A stretch of 63,141 nt of DNA, counting the filler. It is 6 parts of 6 records of this genome, joined end to end, with 100 filler letters (N's around TTAATTAATTAA, not from the genome) between each part and the next. Parts side by side here need not be neighbours in the genome. Positions count along the whole stretch, not along the records: positions 27,276 to 45,912 come from SRR31156797_26814; 5 more parts are not named here. One strand, 5' to 3'. The notes beneath the pieces were generated by a model. That model searched no databases. It saw only the letters and a program-made list of their open reading frames with translations, and was not told the DNA's origin. Both the position numbers and the translations under genes were made by a program. Shown one piece after another: positions 30,222 to 39,484 of the stretch; position 1 is the stretch's first letter, and each line of letters opens with the position of its first letter.

Positions 30222-31565
30222 ATGAGAATAAAAAAAATTAATCAAATAGATGAAAATAAAAATGGGAAATACATACTCTACTGGATGCAGCAAAGCCAGC
30301 GAGTTAACTATAATCATGCCCTGACTTATGCAATTAATGAGGCAAATAGCCTAAAGCTTCCTTTGATTGTATGTTTTGGTCTTACGAATTATCCCGAATC
30401 AAATGAGAGGCACTATTACTTTATGCTAGAAGGCTTGAATGAAGTTGCCGTAAAATTTAGAGAGATGAAGATTAAGTTTGTTATCCGGCTCAAACCACCA
30501 TTTGAATTAGCACTGGAGTTATCTGAGAAAGCAGCACTTACGGTAATTGACAAAGCTTATTTGAAGATACAGAAGCAGTGGAGGCAGGAACTTACTTCAA
30601 GGATAAATACTCCTTTGGTTGAAGTAGAGAGTGACCTGATAGTACCGATAGAGATAACAAGTAACAAAGAGGAATATGCAGCGTATACTATCAGGAAGAA
30701 AATAAAGAGAAATCTAGATGAATACTTAATAGAGCACGATACTCCTGAAGTTTTAGAATCCTCTCTGAAGATAGATATATTAAGTGAAAATCTAAATGAG
30801 ATAGAGGAGATAATTAGTCAATTGGGAATAAACAGATCAGTTAAAAAATCTGTATATCTCAATGGAGCTTATTCAAATGCAAAAAAACTATTAACTGAAT
30901 TTATAGATGAAAAATTAGATGATTATGATAAGTTTAGTAATGATCCTACACTTGATTATACTTCACATCTTAGCTCGTACTTGCATTTTGGTCAAATTAG
31001 TGCTCTTGAGATAGCATTAATAGTTAAAAACAGCGGAAAAAACAGAGAGAGTGTAGAATCCTTTCTTGAAGAACTGATAATTAGAAGAGAGTTAGCCTTT
31101 AACTTTTGTTACTATAATCCTGATTATGATAATTTAAAGGGATTAAAGGCAAACTGGATATATGAGACACTGGAAAGACATGAACTGGACAGCAGAGACT
31201 TCATATATAGCAGAGAGCAGTGGGAGAGAGCTGAAACACATGACCAAATATGGAATGCGTGTCAAACAGAGCTGGTTTTGACAGGTGAGATGCACGGATA
31301 TATGAGAATGTACTGGGGAAAAAAGATACTGGAATGGTCAGAGAGTATAGAAAAAGCTTTTGAGACAGCAATCTATCTAAATAATAAATATGCAATAGAT
31401 GGCAGAGATGCCAATTCCTATACAGGCATAGCCTGGTGCTTTGGCAAACATGACAGACCGTGGTTCGAGAGAGATGTATTTGGTAAAATCAGATATATGA
31501 ATGAGAATGGAATCAGACGGAAGTTTAAAATAGATAAATATATAGATAAAATAAATAAATTATAG
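30222..31565 (+). CDS. phr: Class II CPD DNA photolyase
   Basis: YILYWMQ..QR..NHAL, SHLS.YLHFGQIS, EELIIRREL, GEMHGYMRMYWGKKILEW, DGRDANSY. Confidence 0.93.
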   Translation: MRIKKINQIDENKNGKYILYWMQQSQRVNYNHALTYAINEANSLKLPLIVCFGLTNYPESNERHYYFMLEGLNEVAVKFREMKIKFVIRLKPPFELALELSEKAALTVIDKAYLKIQKQWRQELTSRINTPLVEVESDLIVPIEITSNKEEYAAYTIRKKIKRNLDEYLIEHDTPEVLESSLKIDILSENLNEIEEIISQLGINRSVKKSVYLNGAYSNAKKLLTEFIDEKLDDYDKFSNDPTLDYTSHLSSYLHFGQISALEIALIVKNSGKNRESVESFLEELIIRRELAFNFCYYNPDYDNLKGLKANWIYETLERHELDSRDFIYSREQWERAETHDQIWNACQTELVLTGEMHGYMRMYWGKKILEWSESIEKAFETAIYLNNKYAIDGRDANSYTGIAWCFGKHDRPWFERDVFGKIRYMNENGIRRKFKIDKYIDKINKL

Positions 31566-31573
31566 TTCACTTT

Positions 31574-31621
31574 AAAAGAGGAACAGATAATCAAAATGAT
31601 TAAATCTGTTCCTCTCTTTTT
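31574..31621. terminator. Bidirectional terminator-like hairpin
   Basis: AAAAGAGGAACAGA...TCTGTTCCTCTCTTTT between convergent genes. Confidence 0.65.
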
Positions 31622-31648
31622 CATTAAATATTTAATAATAACGGTTGA

Positions 31649-31834
31649 TTATAGCATAAATTGCCAATGGTGATGTGATTTCATAAATTCAATAAATTCG
31701 GTTTTTCCACCATCACGAAAATCTCTGATGATTCTTTTAAGATAACCTCTGTTATATTCAGATTCTTTCTTGTCGTTCTCTCTAAGTACTTCATTTAATT
31801 CATCTAAATTCAGGTCTAAAATATTACGATACAT
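31649..31834 (-). CDS. Small hypothetical protein
   Basis: 61 aa, AAAGGGGG RBS upstream, hairpin downstream. Confidence 0.55.
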   Translation of the reverse strand: MYRNILDLNLDELNEVLRENDKKESEYNRGYLKRIIRDFRDGGKTEFIEFMKSHHHWQFML

Positions 31835-32071
31835 GTCAAGCCCCCTTTAACGTTTTGTTTGATAAGAGTGTACGACATTATTTCGGAAAAATCAAGAGTA
31901 AATCCAGAAAAATTTCACATTATATATAATTTTTATAGTTTAATAAATTAAAATATATACAGTAAAAGAGTTTTGCGGAATATCTAAAAAAAAGTATCTG
32001 AAAATAAAAAAACTCTGCTTTAAACAGAGTTTAATTGTGATTAATAAAATTGTGTTGTATCCAAAGTTATG

Positions 32072-32257
32072 TTAAACCTCAATATCAATCTGATGGTTAA
32101 GTTTTTTCAAACATTTAGAGCAAATTTTAACTGAGCTGTTGTTTGTTCCGCCAAATTTCAGATCATAAAGTTTTCTTATTTGTGCTGTTGAGAAACAAAG
32201 AGAACACATGTGATAGACATCAAAGTCTCTTTCTAATTTTATTTCGTTATTATCCAT
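32072..32257 (-). CDS. Small zinc-finger-like protein
   Basis: 61 aa with CSLC and ICSKC; AAGGTGA RBS. Confidence 0.6.
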   Translation of the reverse strand: MDNNEIKLERDFDVYHMCSLCFSTAQIRKLYDLKFGGTNNSSVKICSKCLKKLNHQIDIEV

Positions 32258-32421
32258 ATTATATCACCTTACTTTTACTATGACTTGTATTGGTTAAAAT
32301 TTCAATATTATTCATTGTTATCTCTTTTTATTTTAGTAACATTATATCATTTAAGTAAAAAAAAGTAAATGAAATCCTCTTTATATTAAAGTAAAAAAAA
32401 GGTATAAAAAAAGCCACAATA

Positions 32422-33327
32422 TTATTCTATTGTGGCTCTGTCTTTTCCATTAGCTTTACTCTTATACATTAGTTTATCAGCTCTCTGGATTAATGATTCA
32501 ATAGTGTCTTGCGGATTGATTATTGATCCTCCAATTGATGCAGTTACTGAGAGGGTTTGTTTATCTTCAGTGTGAACTTCAGTTCGTTTTATCAGAGAGA
32601 GTAACTTATGAGTAATATTTTTGAGGACGAAATAATCACTTACATTAACGATACTAATGAACTCCTCCCCACCCCAGCGGCCGACGATATCCTCATTTCT
32701 AAGATTGAGAGAAAGAGTTTTGGCGATATTTTTTAACACAAGATCACCAAGATCGTGACCGTGAACATCGTTAAAATTCTTGAAATTATCGATATCGATA
32801 AAAATTACCGCAAATTCTTTCCCTATTGATTTGTATAAACGATAACTTGATTCAAGATTATTATCAAGAAAACGTCTGTTTGGTAGTTGTGTCAGTTGAT
32901 CAAGCATAGCTAATTTTTCCAGATCTTTTATTTTCTCCAGTATTTTTTCTCTATCTATGCTATCACTGAATATTTCAATAGCTCCGATTATTTTTCCAGT
33001 TTTTTCTCTTAGAGGGAGACTCTTAATAAAGACAGGAACTCTATAACCTTCTTTATGATGAAAGAAAACATTGATTTCACGGATATTCCCATCTTTGATT
33101 GTTGAACTCAAGGGACAGCCGTCAGTACAAAGAAATTTTCCATTTTCATCTACATGTTTTAGTATATTATCCCAGCAGTGTGTTCCAACTACTTCATCAC
33201 TTGAAAAACCTGTGATTTTTTCAGCTGCTTTATTCCAATAAGTTATTTTTCTCTCGAAATTTACAAAATAAACTCCATCATAGAGATTATCAAGAATATC
33301 TCTATATTCCTCTAATTCTGTATGCAT
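32422..33327 (-). CDS. PAS-GGDEF diguanylate cyclase
   Basis: PAS (YWNKAAEKITG), DQLTQLPNRR, DIDNFK, RWGGEEF, AD..MY..K. Confidence 0.93.
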   Translation of the reverse strand: MHTELEEYRDILDNLYDGVYFVNFERKITYWNKAAEKITGFSSDEVVGTHCWDNILKHVDENGKFLCTDGCPLSSTIKDGNIREINVFFHHKEGYRVPVFIKSLPLREKTGKIIGAIEIFSDSIDREKILEKIKDLEKLAMLDQLTQLPNRRFLDNNLESSYRLYKSIGKEFAVIFIDIDNFKNFNDVHGHDLGDLVLKNIAKTLSLNLRNEDIVGRWGGEEFISIVNVSDYFVLKNITHKLLSLIKRTEVHTEDKQTLSVTASIGGSIINPQDTIESLIQRADKLMYKSKANGKDRATIE

Positions 33328-33386
33328 ATTATCGCCTCCCTATGACACGTATACTTTATATTTCAACGAAAATATTAAAAAACCTT

Positions 33387-33644
33387 CTAAATTTTGACTT
33401 TTTTAACACTATTTATTAAAAATGCCTTGTTAATTTTATAGAGCTCTTTATACTCTATTTTTTTTAAAAAGGATTTAATCTCTTCAAGATCATGATTTAT
33501 TCTCAGACTTTGCCCGCAGCTAAAAGATATCTTAGCCGGAGTAGGTATTATTTTTATATCTGCTTCTAAACCCAAAAGGATTTTTTCAGCTTTTAATACT
33601 TCATATATATTTTGGAATGAAATAAGATAAAATGTTTCGTTCAT
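33387..33644 (-). CDS. DUF3343-family small protein
   Basis: F......KAEK.L, IIPTP..IS.SCG pattern. Confidence 0.75.
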   Translation of the reverse strand: MNETFYLISFQNIYEVLKAEKILLGLEADIKIIPTPAKISFSCGQSLRINHDLEEIKSFLKKIEYKELYKINKAFLINSVKKVKI

Positions 33645-33843
33645 ATGATCACCTGTTAATTTAATTTAATTTTAGTGTAACAAATACTTAGTTTAAATGC
33701 AAAGATAATTAATTATTAAAAAGGAAATAAAAGATGTATATATATAATATAAATATATACGATTATAATAATATATTTTTTAAATCAATGATAAAAGGGT
33801 AAACTATATATATAGTATATTAAAAATTTTAAGGTAATTTTTA

Positions 33844-35157
33844 ATGAATGAAGGTGATATTATGGATAGATTTAAAGGTTTTAGAGCTTCTATATTGCAT
33901 TTTCTTGAAAAATTATCTTCAAAAGATAAATCTCATACATATGAGTACTATGAAGATGGTTTGTTAATTCTTGAAAATGGAAAAGTAAAAGAGTTAGGTA
34001 AATTTGATGAGTTATATCCCAAATATGAGGATAAAATGGAACTAACTTTATGTGCAAACAAATTAATTATGCCCGGATTTATTGATACTCATATCCATTA
34101 TGCTCAGACAGATATTATTGGTTCATACGGAGAGAAATTGCTTGAATGGCTTAGGAAATATACATTTCCAACAGAGATGAAATTTGCGGATAAAAAAATA
34201 GCAAAAGAGACAGCAGATTTTTTTATTAATGAATTATTGCGAAACGGGACAACAAGTGCAATGATATTTTGTACTATTCACCCTGAGTCAGTTGATGCTA
34301 TTTTTGAGAAATCACTTGAAAATAATATGAGAATGATAGCCGGAAAGGTACATATGGACAGACATGCTCCTGAAGGACTTTTGGATAGTGTAGAGCAGGG
34401 CCTTGAGGATGCGAAGGCTTTAATTAAGAAGTGGCACAATAAGGAGAGATTAGCATATGCAATAACACCGAGATTTGCACCTACTTCTACTCCCGAGCAG
34501 CTAAACTCACTGCAGGAACTATATAAACTAAAAGATGATCTGTATATGCAGACTCATCTAAGTGAAAATGAAGATGAAGTAAAATGGGTAAGATCACTCT
34601 TCCCCAGAGCGGACTCATATTTAGATGTTTATAGCAGAAATCATCTGGTGCGTAAAAGAAGTATCTTTGCTCACTGTATTCATTTAGAGGAGAAGGAGTA
34701 TGAAACTCTGAAAAGAAGAGGCTCTGCAATATCATTTTGCCCTACATCAAATCTATTTCTGGGAAGCGGATTGTTTGACTATCATAAAGCTGTGAAATAC
34801 GGAATACCTGTAGGGATCGGCTCTGATATAGGAGCCGGGACGAGTTTCTCGATAATCAAAAATCTGGGAGAAGCATATAAAATATGTCAGCTGAATAGCC
34901 AGAAGTTCTCAGCTTTTGATGCATTTTACTCTGCAACACTGGGAGGGGCAAAAGCCCTGGATATAGATGATAAAGTTGGAAACTTCGAAGTAGGAAAAGA
35001 GGCAGATTTTGTAGTAATTGATTTTGAGTCAAGTCCAATAATGAGGAGAAGATACAGGACTCTGGAGACATTAGCTGAGAAACTCTTTATGCTGATGATA
35101 ATGGGTGGAAGTGAAAATATCTACTCAACCTATGTAATGGGTAAAAGACTATATTAA
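33844..35157 (+). CDS. guaD: Guanine deaminase
   Basis: PGFIDTHIHYAQ, LLEWL.KYTFPTE, YAITPRFA, QTHLSEN, CPTSNLFLGSG, GSDIGAGTS. Confidence 0.95.
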   Translation: MNEGDIMDRFKGFRASILHFLEKLSSKDKSHTYEYYEDGLLILENGKVKELGKFDELYPKYEDKMELTLCANKLIMPGFIDTHIHYAQTDIIGSYGEKLLEWLRKYTFPTEMKFADKKIAKETADFFINELLRNGTTSAMIFCTIHPESVDAIFEKSLENNMRMIAGKVHMDRHAPEGLLDSVEQGLEDAKALIKKWHNKERLAYAITPRFAPTSTPEQLNSLQELYKLKDDLYMQTHLSENEDEVKWVRSLFPRADSYLDVYSRNHLVRKRSIFAHCIHLEEKEYETLKRRGSAISFCPTSNLFLGSGLFDYHKAVKYGIPVGIGSDIGAGTSFSIIKNLGEAYKICQLNSQKFSAFDAFYSATLGGAKALDIDDKVGNFEVGKEADFVVIDFESSPIMRRRYRTLETLAEKLFMLMIMGGSENIYSTYVMGKRLY

Positions 35158-35167
35158 TAAAATAATG

Positions 35168-35211
35168 AAAGCATTTGTCGTTTGTAATTAAATACAAGAC
35201 AAATGCTTTTT
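35168..35211 (+). terminator. Intrinsic terminator after guaD
   Basis: AAAGCATTTGTC...GACAAATGCTTTTT. Confidence 0.75.
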
Positions 35212-35418
35212 ACTGTTTAATTACAAAAAAGGGAAAAGGACATAGATTTTTTTTATGAAAAATGTTATAATAAGCACTAATAAAATGTGGAAAATAAAGA
35301 TTTTATGTGATCTTTGTATTTGTTTTTTAACATGCGGTTTACAGTAAAGTATAAATCTATTACATAAAAAATTTTAGATGAAAACTGATTTTATTTAGTT
35401 TTCTATTAGGAGGATGAG

Positions 35419-36372
35419 ATGCAAAGCAGTAAGAACTATATCTTAGTTTTCGGAGCTTCAGTAGTTGATATATTCGGATTTTGTAAGAGAAATTATAGAA
35501 GTCACGACTCTATCCCGGGAAAAGTGAAGATTTCCTTTGGAGGAGTTTCTAGAAATATAGCGGAAAATATGGCGAGAATGGGAGTAAATACTAAATTTAT
35601 ATCTATTCTTGGAAATGATGAATTTGGAGTATCTATGCTGGATCACTCTAAGCAAGTTGGTTATGACATGAGTGATTCATTAATTCTGCAAGAGGGTGAT
35701 ACACCTACATATATGGCAATTTTGGATGAGAATGGTGAAATGGTATCTGCTGTAGCTGATACAGACAGTATAGATGAGATGAATCCTGAGTTTATTGATT
35801 CAAAGGCTGATATTATCGAGAAATCAGCGTATACTTTTTTAGATGCTGATGATCCTGAAAATTTAAAATATATTCTTGAGAATTATTACGGAGCAACTAA
35901 TTTTATATTAGATCCGGTATCAACAAATAAAGCTAAAAATATAAAGCACCTTATTAAATATTTTCATTCTATTAAACCTAATAAACATGAGGCGGAGATA
36001 CTGTCAGGTATAGAGATCAAAGATGATAATGACTTGCAAAGAGCTGGGCAATATTTCCTAAACCTTGGAATAAAAGATGTGTATATTAGTCTGGATGAAG
36101 ACGGAGTATATTATACCAATGGTGAAGAAGAGGGTAAAATTAAAGCGATTAGCCCGAAAGTAAAGAACGTAACAGGTGCCGGAGATTCATTTGTTGCAGG
36201 ACTTGGTTATGGATATATGAATAATCTAAATATAGAGGAAACTGTGAAAATTGCTGTAGCTATGTCAATAGTTACTATCTCTCATGAAGATACAATCCAC
36301 CCTAAAATGAGCAAAGAATATGTACAGAATATTATCGAGGAAACAAAATGGGAAATAAAAAAATTTAAATAA
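35419..36372 (+). CDS. PfkB-family carbohydrate kinase (pseudouridine kinase-like)
   Basis: GGVSRNIAEN, DPVS, KPN..EA, VTGAGDSF. Confidence 0.88.
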   Translation: MQSSKNYILVFGASVVDIFGFCKRNYRSHDSIPGKVKISFGGVSRNIAENMARMGVNTKFISILGNDEFGVSMLDHSKQVGYDMSDSLILQEGDTPTYMAILDENGEMVSAVADTDSIDEMNPEFIDSKADIIEKSAYTFLDADDPENLKYILENYYGATNFILDPVSTNKAKNIKHLIKYFHSIKPNKHEAEILSGIEIKDDNDLQRAGQYFLNLGIKDVYISLDEDGVYYTNGEEEGKIKAISPKVKNVTGAGDSFVAGLGYGYMNNLNIEETVKIAVAMSIVTISHEDTIHPKMSKEYVQNIIEETKWEIKKFK

Positions 36373-36378
36373 TAAATT

Positions 36379-36404
36379 AAGCCTTCTGGAGACAGAGGGC
36401 TTTT
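36379..36404 (+). terminator. Intrinsic terminator
   Basis: AAGCCTTCTG-GAGA-CAGAGGGCTT-TT. Confidence 0.75.
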
Positions 36405-36576
36405 ATATTACATAAAAAATAAGCAAAAAATATTGAGAATTATTTTTTTTGCTTATTTTTGTATGTTTAAAAAAAGGATATCTTTATCTCAGTGGAAATA
36501 ATATTAGTGAAAAAAGAATCGATTAACTATTTTTTGCAAACTTAATTGATTGAAGTGAATAAGTAGGAGTGATCAT

Positions 36577-39321
36577 ATGGCGAATTCAAATATAAATAGA
36601 ACCGGAATGAGTTATTATATAGTGATTATAATAATAATCCCGCTTTTAATACTGACAGGAGTGCTATGGAGATTTTTTACTGTAGGAAATAATACAGTTA
36701 GAGAAAAAAGAGTTGAACTTGAATCAGAAAAACTGGCATCATATGTTGAGAGAGATTTAGACCAAAGATTATTAGCACTTCAGCGTCTGGCGGATAGATG
36801 GGTTGCAGCAGGAGGAACTAAGCAGGAGCAATTTGAAAAAGACGCCGGCAACTATATAGTAGATATGCCTGGTTTACAGGCTTTGGAATGGGTAGATGAG
36901 ACATACCATGTGAGATGGGTAGTTCCATATGCCGGTAATGAACAAGCTAAAGATCTTGATTTGGCATTTGAAGAGAGAAGATACGTAGCACTTGAAAAAG
37001 CTAAATTGAGTAGCGATCCGACAGTTACATCTGTTATCGATCTGGTACAGGGAGGTAAGGGTTTTCTGATCTATTATCCTTTGTATGTAAAAGGTGAGTT
37101 TGACGGATTCGTATTAGCAGTATTTAAAATAACGGAGTGGCTTGATAGTGTGTTTTTTAATAGTGAATCAGATGATGAGATAAATAACTTCAAGGCGAGT
37201 ATTTTATTTGATAATGAAACTATTTACTCTCAGCAGGGCTGGGATGATGTTAGTGAAAAAGCCAGAGAGTTTAAAAAAACCAGAAGAATACAGATATTAG
37301 GGAAAAACATAAGTATAGTCACAAGACCTACAGATAATTTTATGAAGGAAACTTTTTCATTGCTTCCTAATATCGTAGCGTCATTTGGTGTGATTATGTC
37401 TGTTATGGTAGCATTTTCTATGTTCTTATTCTTAAAAACAAGTAATGAAACATTTAAACTTAATATTACTAAATCTAATCTCCAAAATGAAATATTGGAA
37501 AGAAAAGAGATAGAGGAAAAATTGTATAACGCTTCAGCTAGATTGGAACTTGCAGCTAGAGCAGGTAGGATAGGAGTATGGAGCTGGGATGTCATAAGCA
37601 ATAAATTAACATGGGATAATCAAATGTATCAATTATACGAAACATCTGATGAGATGCCTTTGAACTTTGATGTCTGGAAAAATTCTCTGCATCCTGATGA
37701 TTTGGAAAGATCAGTTGAATTGATTCAAAATGCAGTGAAGGGAACAGCTGTGTTTGATACTGAATTTAGATTAAAATTCAATGATAACAGACTAAAATAT
37801 GTGCATGCAGCAGCAAAAGTTGAACGTGATCAAAATGGTAAAGCTATCAACATGATAGGTGTAAACTGGGATATATCACAATTAAAGAAAACAGAAAGAA
37901 TGCTAAAAAAACAAGCAGAGTTACAGGAGTTGCTTGTTAAAATATCATCTCTCTATATAAGTATGCCACTGGAAAAAGTAGAGACAGGCATACAGTCAGC
38001 ACTGGGAGAGATTGGGGTTTATGTTAAAGCTGACAGGGTATATGTATTTGAATATGACTTTGACGCATTGACAACGTCAAATACTTATGAATGGTGTCAG
38101 AAAGATGTGGTACCACAAAAAGAGAAATTGCAAAGTGTAAATCTGAATAAAATATCACCATTATTAAATTCTCACCTAAATCATAAAGTTATGGGGATTC
38201 AAAATGTAGATGATATGGAAAATGAAGAGCTAAAAGAGTTTTTACAGATGCAAAATATAAAAACTCTCGTGACAGTACCTATGGTAAATGAAGGGAAACT
38301 TTTTGGTTTTATTGGTTTTGACTGGGTAAGAACGGAGTATAAATACTCTTCAGAAGAGCTTCAGCTTTTAGAAATTTTTTCTCAGATACTGATCAATATT
38401 CAACTGAGAAAAAAATCAGAAAATGAATTAGTTGAGAGTAAAAATAGATATGACCTTGCAATAAAAGGAACAAATGCAGGACTTTGGGATTGGCATGTTC
38501 AAACGGGCGAAACAGTATTTAACGAAAGATGGGCAGATATTATAGGTTATACGCTTCAAGAATTAGAACCAATTAATATTGATACATGGTTAAGATACTG
38601 CCATCCGGAAGATTTGCAAGAGTCTGATAAACGTCTAAAAGAGCATTTCAAAACTAAACAGGGTTTCTATGACTTTGAATGTAGAATGAAACATAAAAAT
38701 GGTCAATGGATATGGGTTCATGACAGAGGCCAGGTGGTAGAGTGGAGTGAGAACGGAAAACCACTCAGAATGCTGGGAACTCATATAGATGTAACACAGA
38801 GAAAAGAAGCAGAAGATATGATCAAACATCTGGCAAATCATGATCCTCTAACTGATCTGCCAACTCTGAGACTGGCAAAAGACAGAGCATACGTATCTAT
38901 TCAGATGGCAAAACGAAATAATGAAATGACTGCATTTTTGTTTATAGATCTGGATGGATTCAAAGCAGTAAATGATACATATGGTCATGATGCAGGAGAT
39001 GAAGTCTTGGTTAAAGTAGGAGAAAGGTTCATCAGGACAGTTAGACAGGTTGATACAGTAGCCAGAATAGGCGGCGATGAATTTTTAATTATTCTAAATG
39101 AAATAGATAATATTGAGGATATTGAAAAAATTGCCAAATCAATATTGAAAGAGATAGATAAACCTCTTATTATTAAAGATATTCAGGCTGATATAGGAGC
39201 AAGTATAGGTATCTCTGTGTATCCGAGAGATGGGCTCAAAGTAGAAGAGTTAATCAAAAAAGCTGATACAGCTATGTATGAGATAAAAAAATCAGGGAAA
39301 AATAATTTTACTTTTGTGTAA
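36577..39321 (+). CDS. Membrane CHASE-like/PAS/GAF/PAS diguanylate cyclase
   Basis: Two TM helices flanking a sensor (DLVQGGKGF), PAS (HPDD), GAF (ADRVYVF..YEWC), PAS, RIGGDEF. Confidence 0.92.
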   Translation: MANSNINRTGMSYYIVIIIIIPLLILTGVLWRFFTVGNNTVREKRVELESEKLASYVERDLDQRLLALQRLADRWVAAGGTKQEQFEKDAGNYIVDMPGLQALEWVDETYHVRWVVPYAGNEQAKDLDLAFEERRYVALEKAKLSSDPTVTSVIDLVQGGKGFLIYYPLYVKGEFDGFVLAVFKITEWLDSVFFNSESDDEINNFKASILFDNETIYSQQGWDDVSEKAREFKKTRRIQILGKNISIVTRPTDNFMKETFSLLPNIVASFGVIMSVMVAFSMFLFLKTSNETFKLNITKSNLQNEILERKEIEEKLYNASARLELAARAGRIGVWSWDVISNKLTWDNQMYQLYETSDEMPLNFDVWKNSLHPDDLERSVELIQNAVKGTAVFDTEFRLKFNDNRLKYVHAAAKVERDQNGKAINMIGVNWDISQLKKTERMLKKQAELQELLVKISSLYISMPLEKVETGIQSALGEIGVYVKADRVYVFEYDFDALTTSNTYEWCQKDVVPQKEKLQSVNLNKISPLLNSHLNHKVMGIQNVDDMENEELKEFLQMQNIKTLVTVPMVNEGKLFGFIGFDWVRTEYKYSSEELQLLEIFSQILINIQLRKKSENELVESKNRYDLAIKGTNAGLWDWHVQTGETVFNERWADIIGYTLQELEPINIDTWLRYCHPEDLQESDKRLKEHFKTKQGFYDFECRMKHKNGQWIWVHDRGQVVEWSENGKPLRMLGTHIDVTQRKEAEDMIKHLANHDPLTDLPTLRLAKDRAYVSIQMAKRNNEMTAFLFIDLDGFKAVNDTYGHDAGDEVLVKVGERFIRTVRQVDTVARIGGDEFLIILNEIDNIEDIEKIAKSILKEIDKPLIIKDIQADIGASIGISVYPRDGLKVEELIKKADTAMYEIKKSGKNNFTFV

Positions 39322-39337
39322 CAAGATTTAGACAGCT

Positions 39338-39369
39338 AAAGACCCTTTATTAGGAGACAGGGTCTTTTT
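39338..39369 (+). terminator. Intrinsic terminator
   Basis: AAAGACCCT...AGGGTCTTTTT. Confidence 0.7.
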
Positions 39370-39484
39370 GTTGTAAAAATAGCATAGTTTTAAGCTAAAA
39401 AAGCTTTTTTTAGTGGATAAATCCTTATAATCGTAGTAAAATTTAATATTGGACTTATGGTTAAAATGAGAGGGGGCTGTAAAT

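Noticed and set aside
33660-33843. Purine riboswitch upstream of guaD
   Set aside because: Region is almost pure AT and lacks the conserved aptamer core
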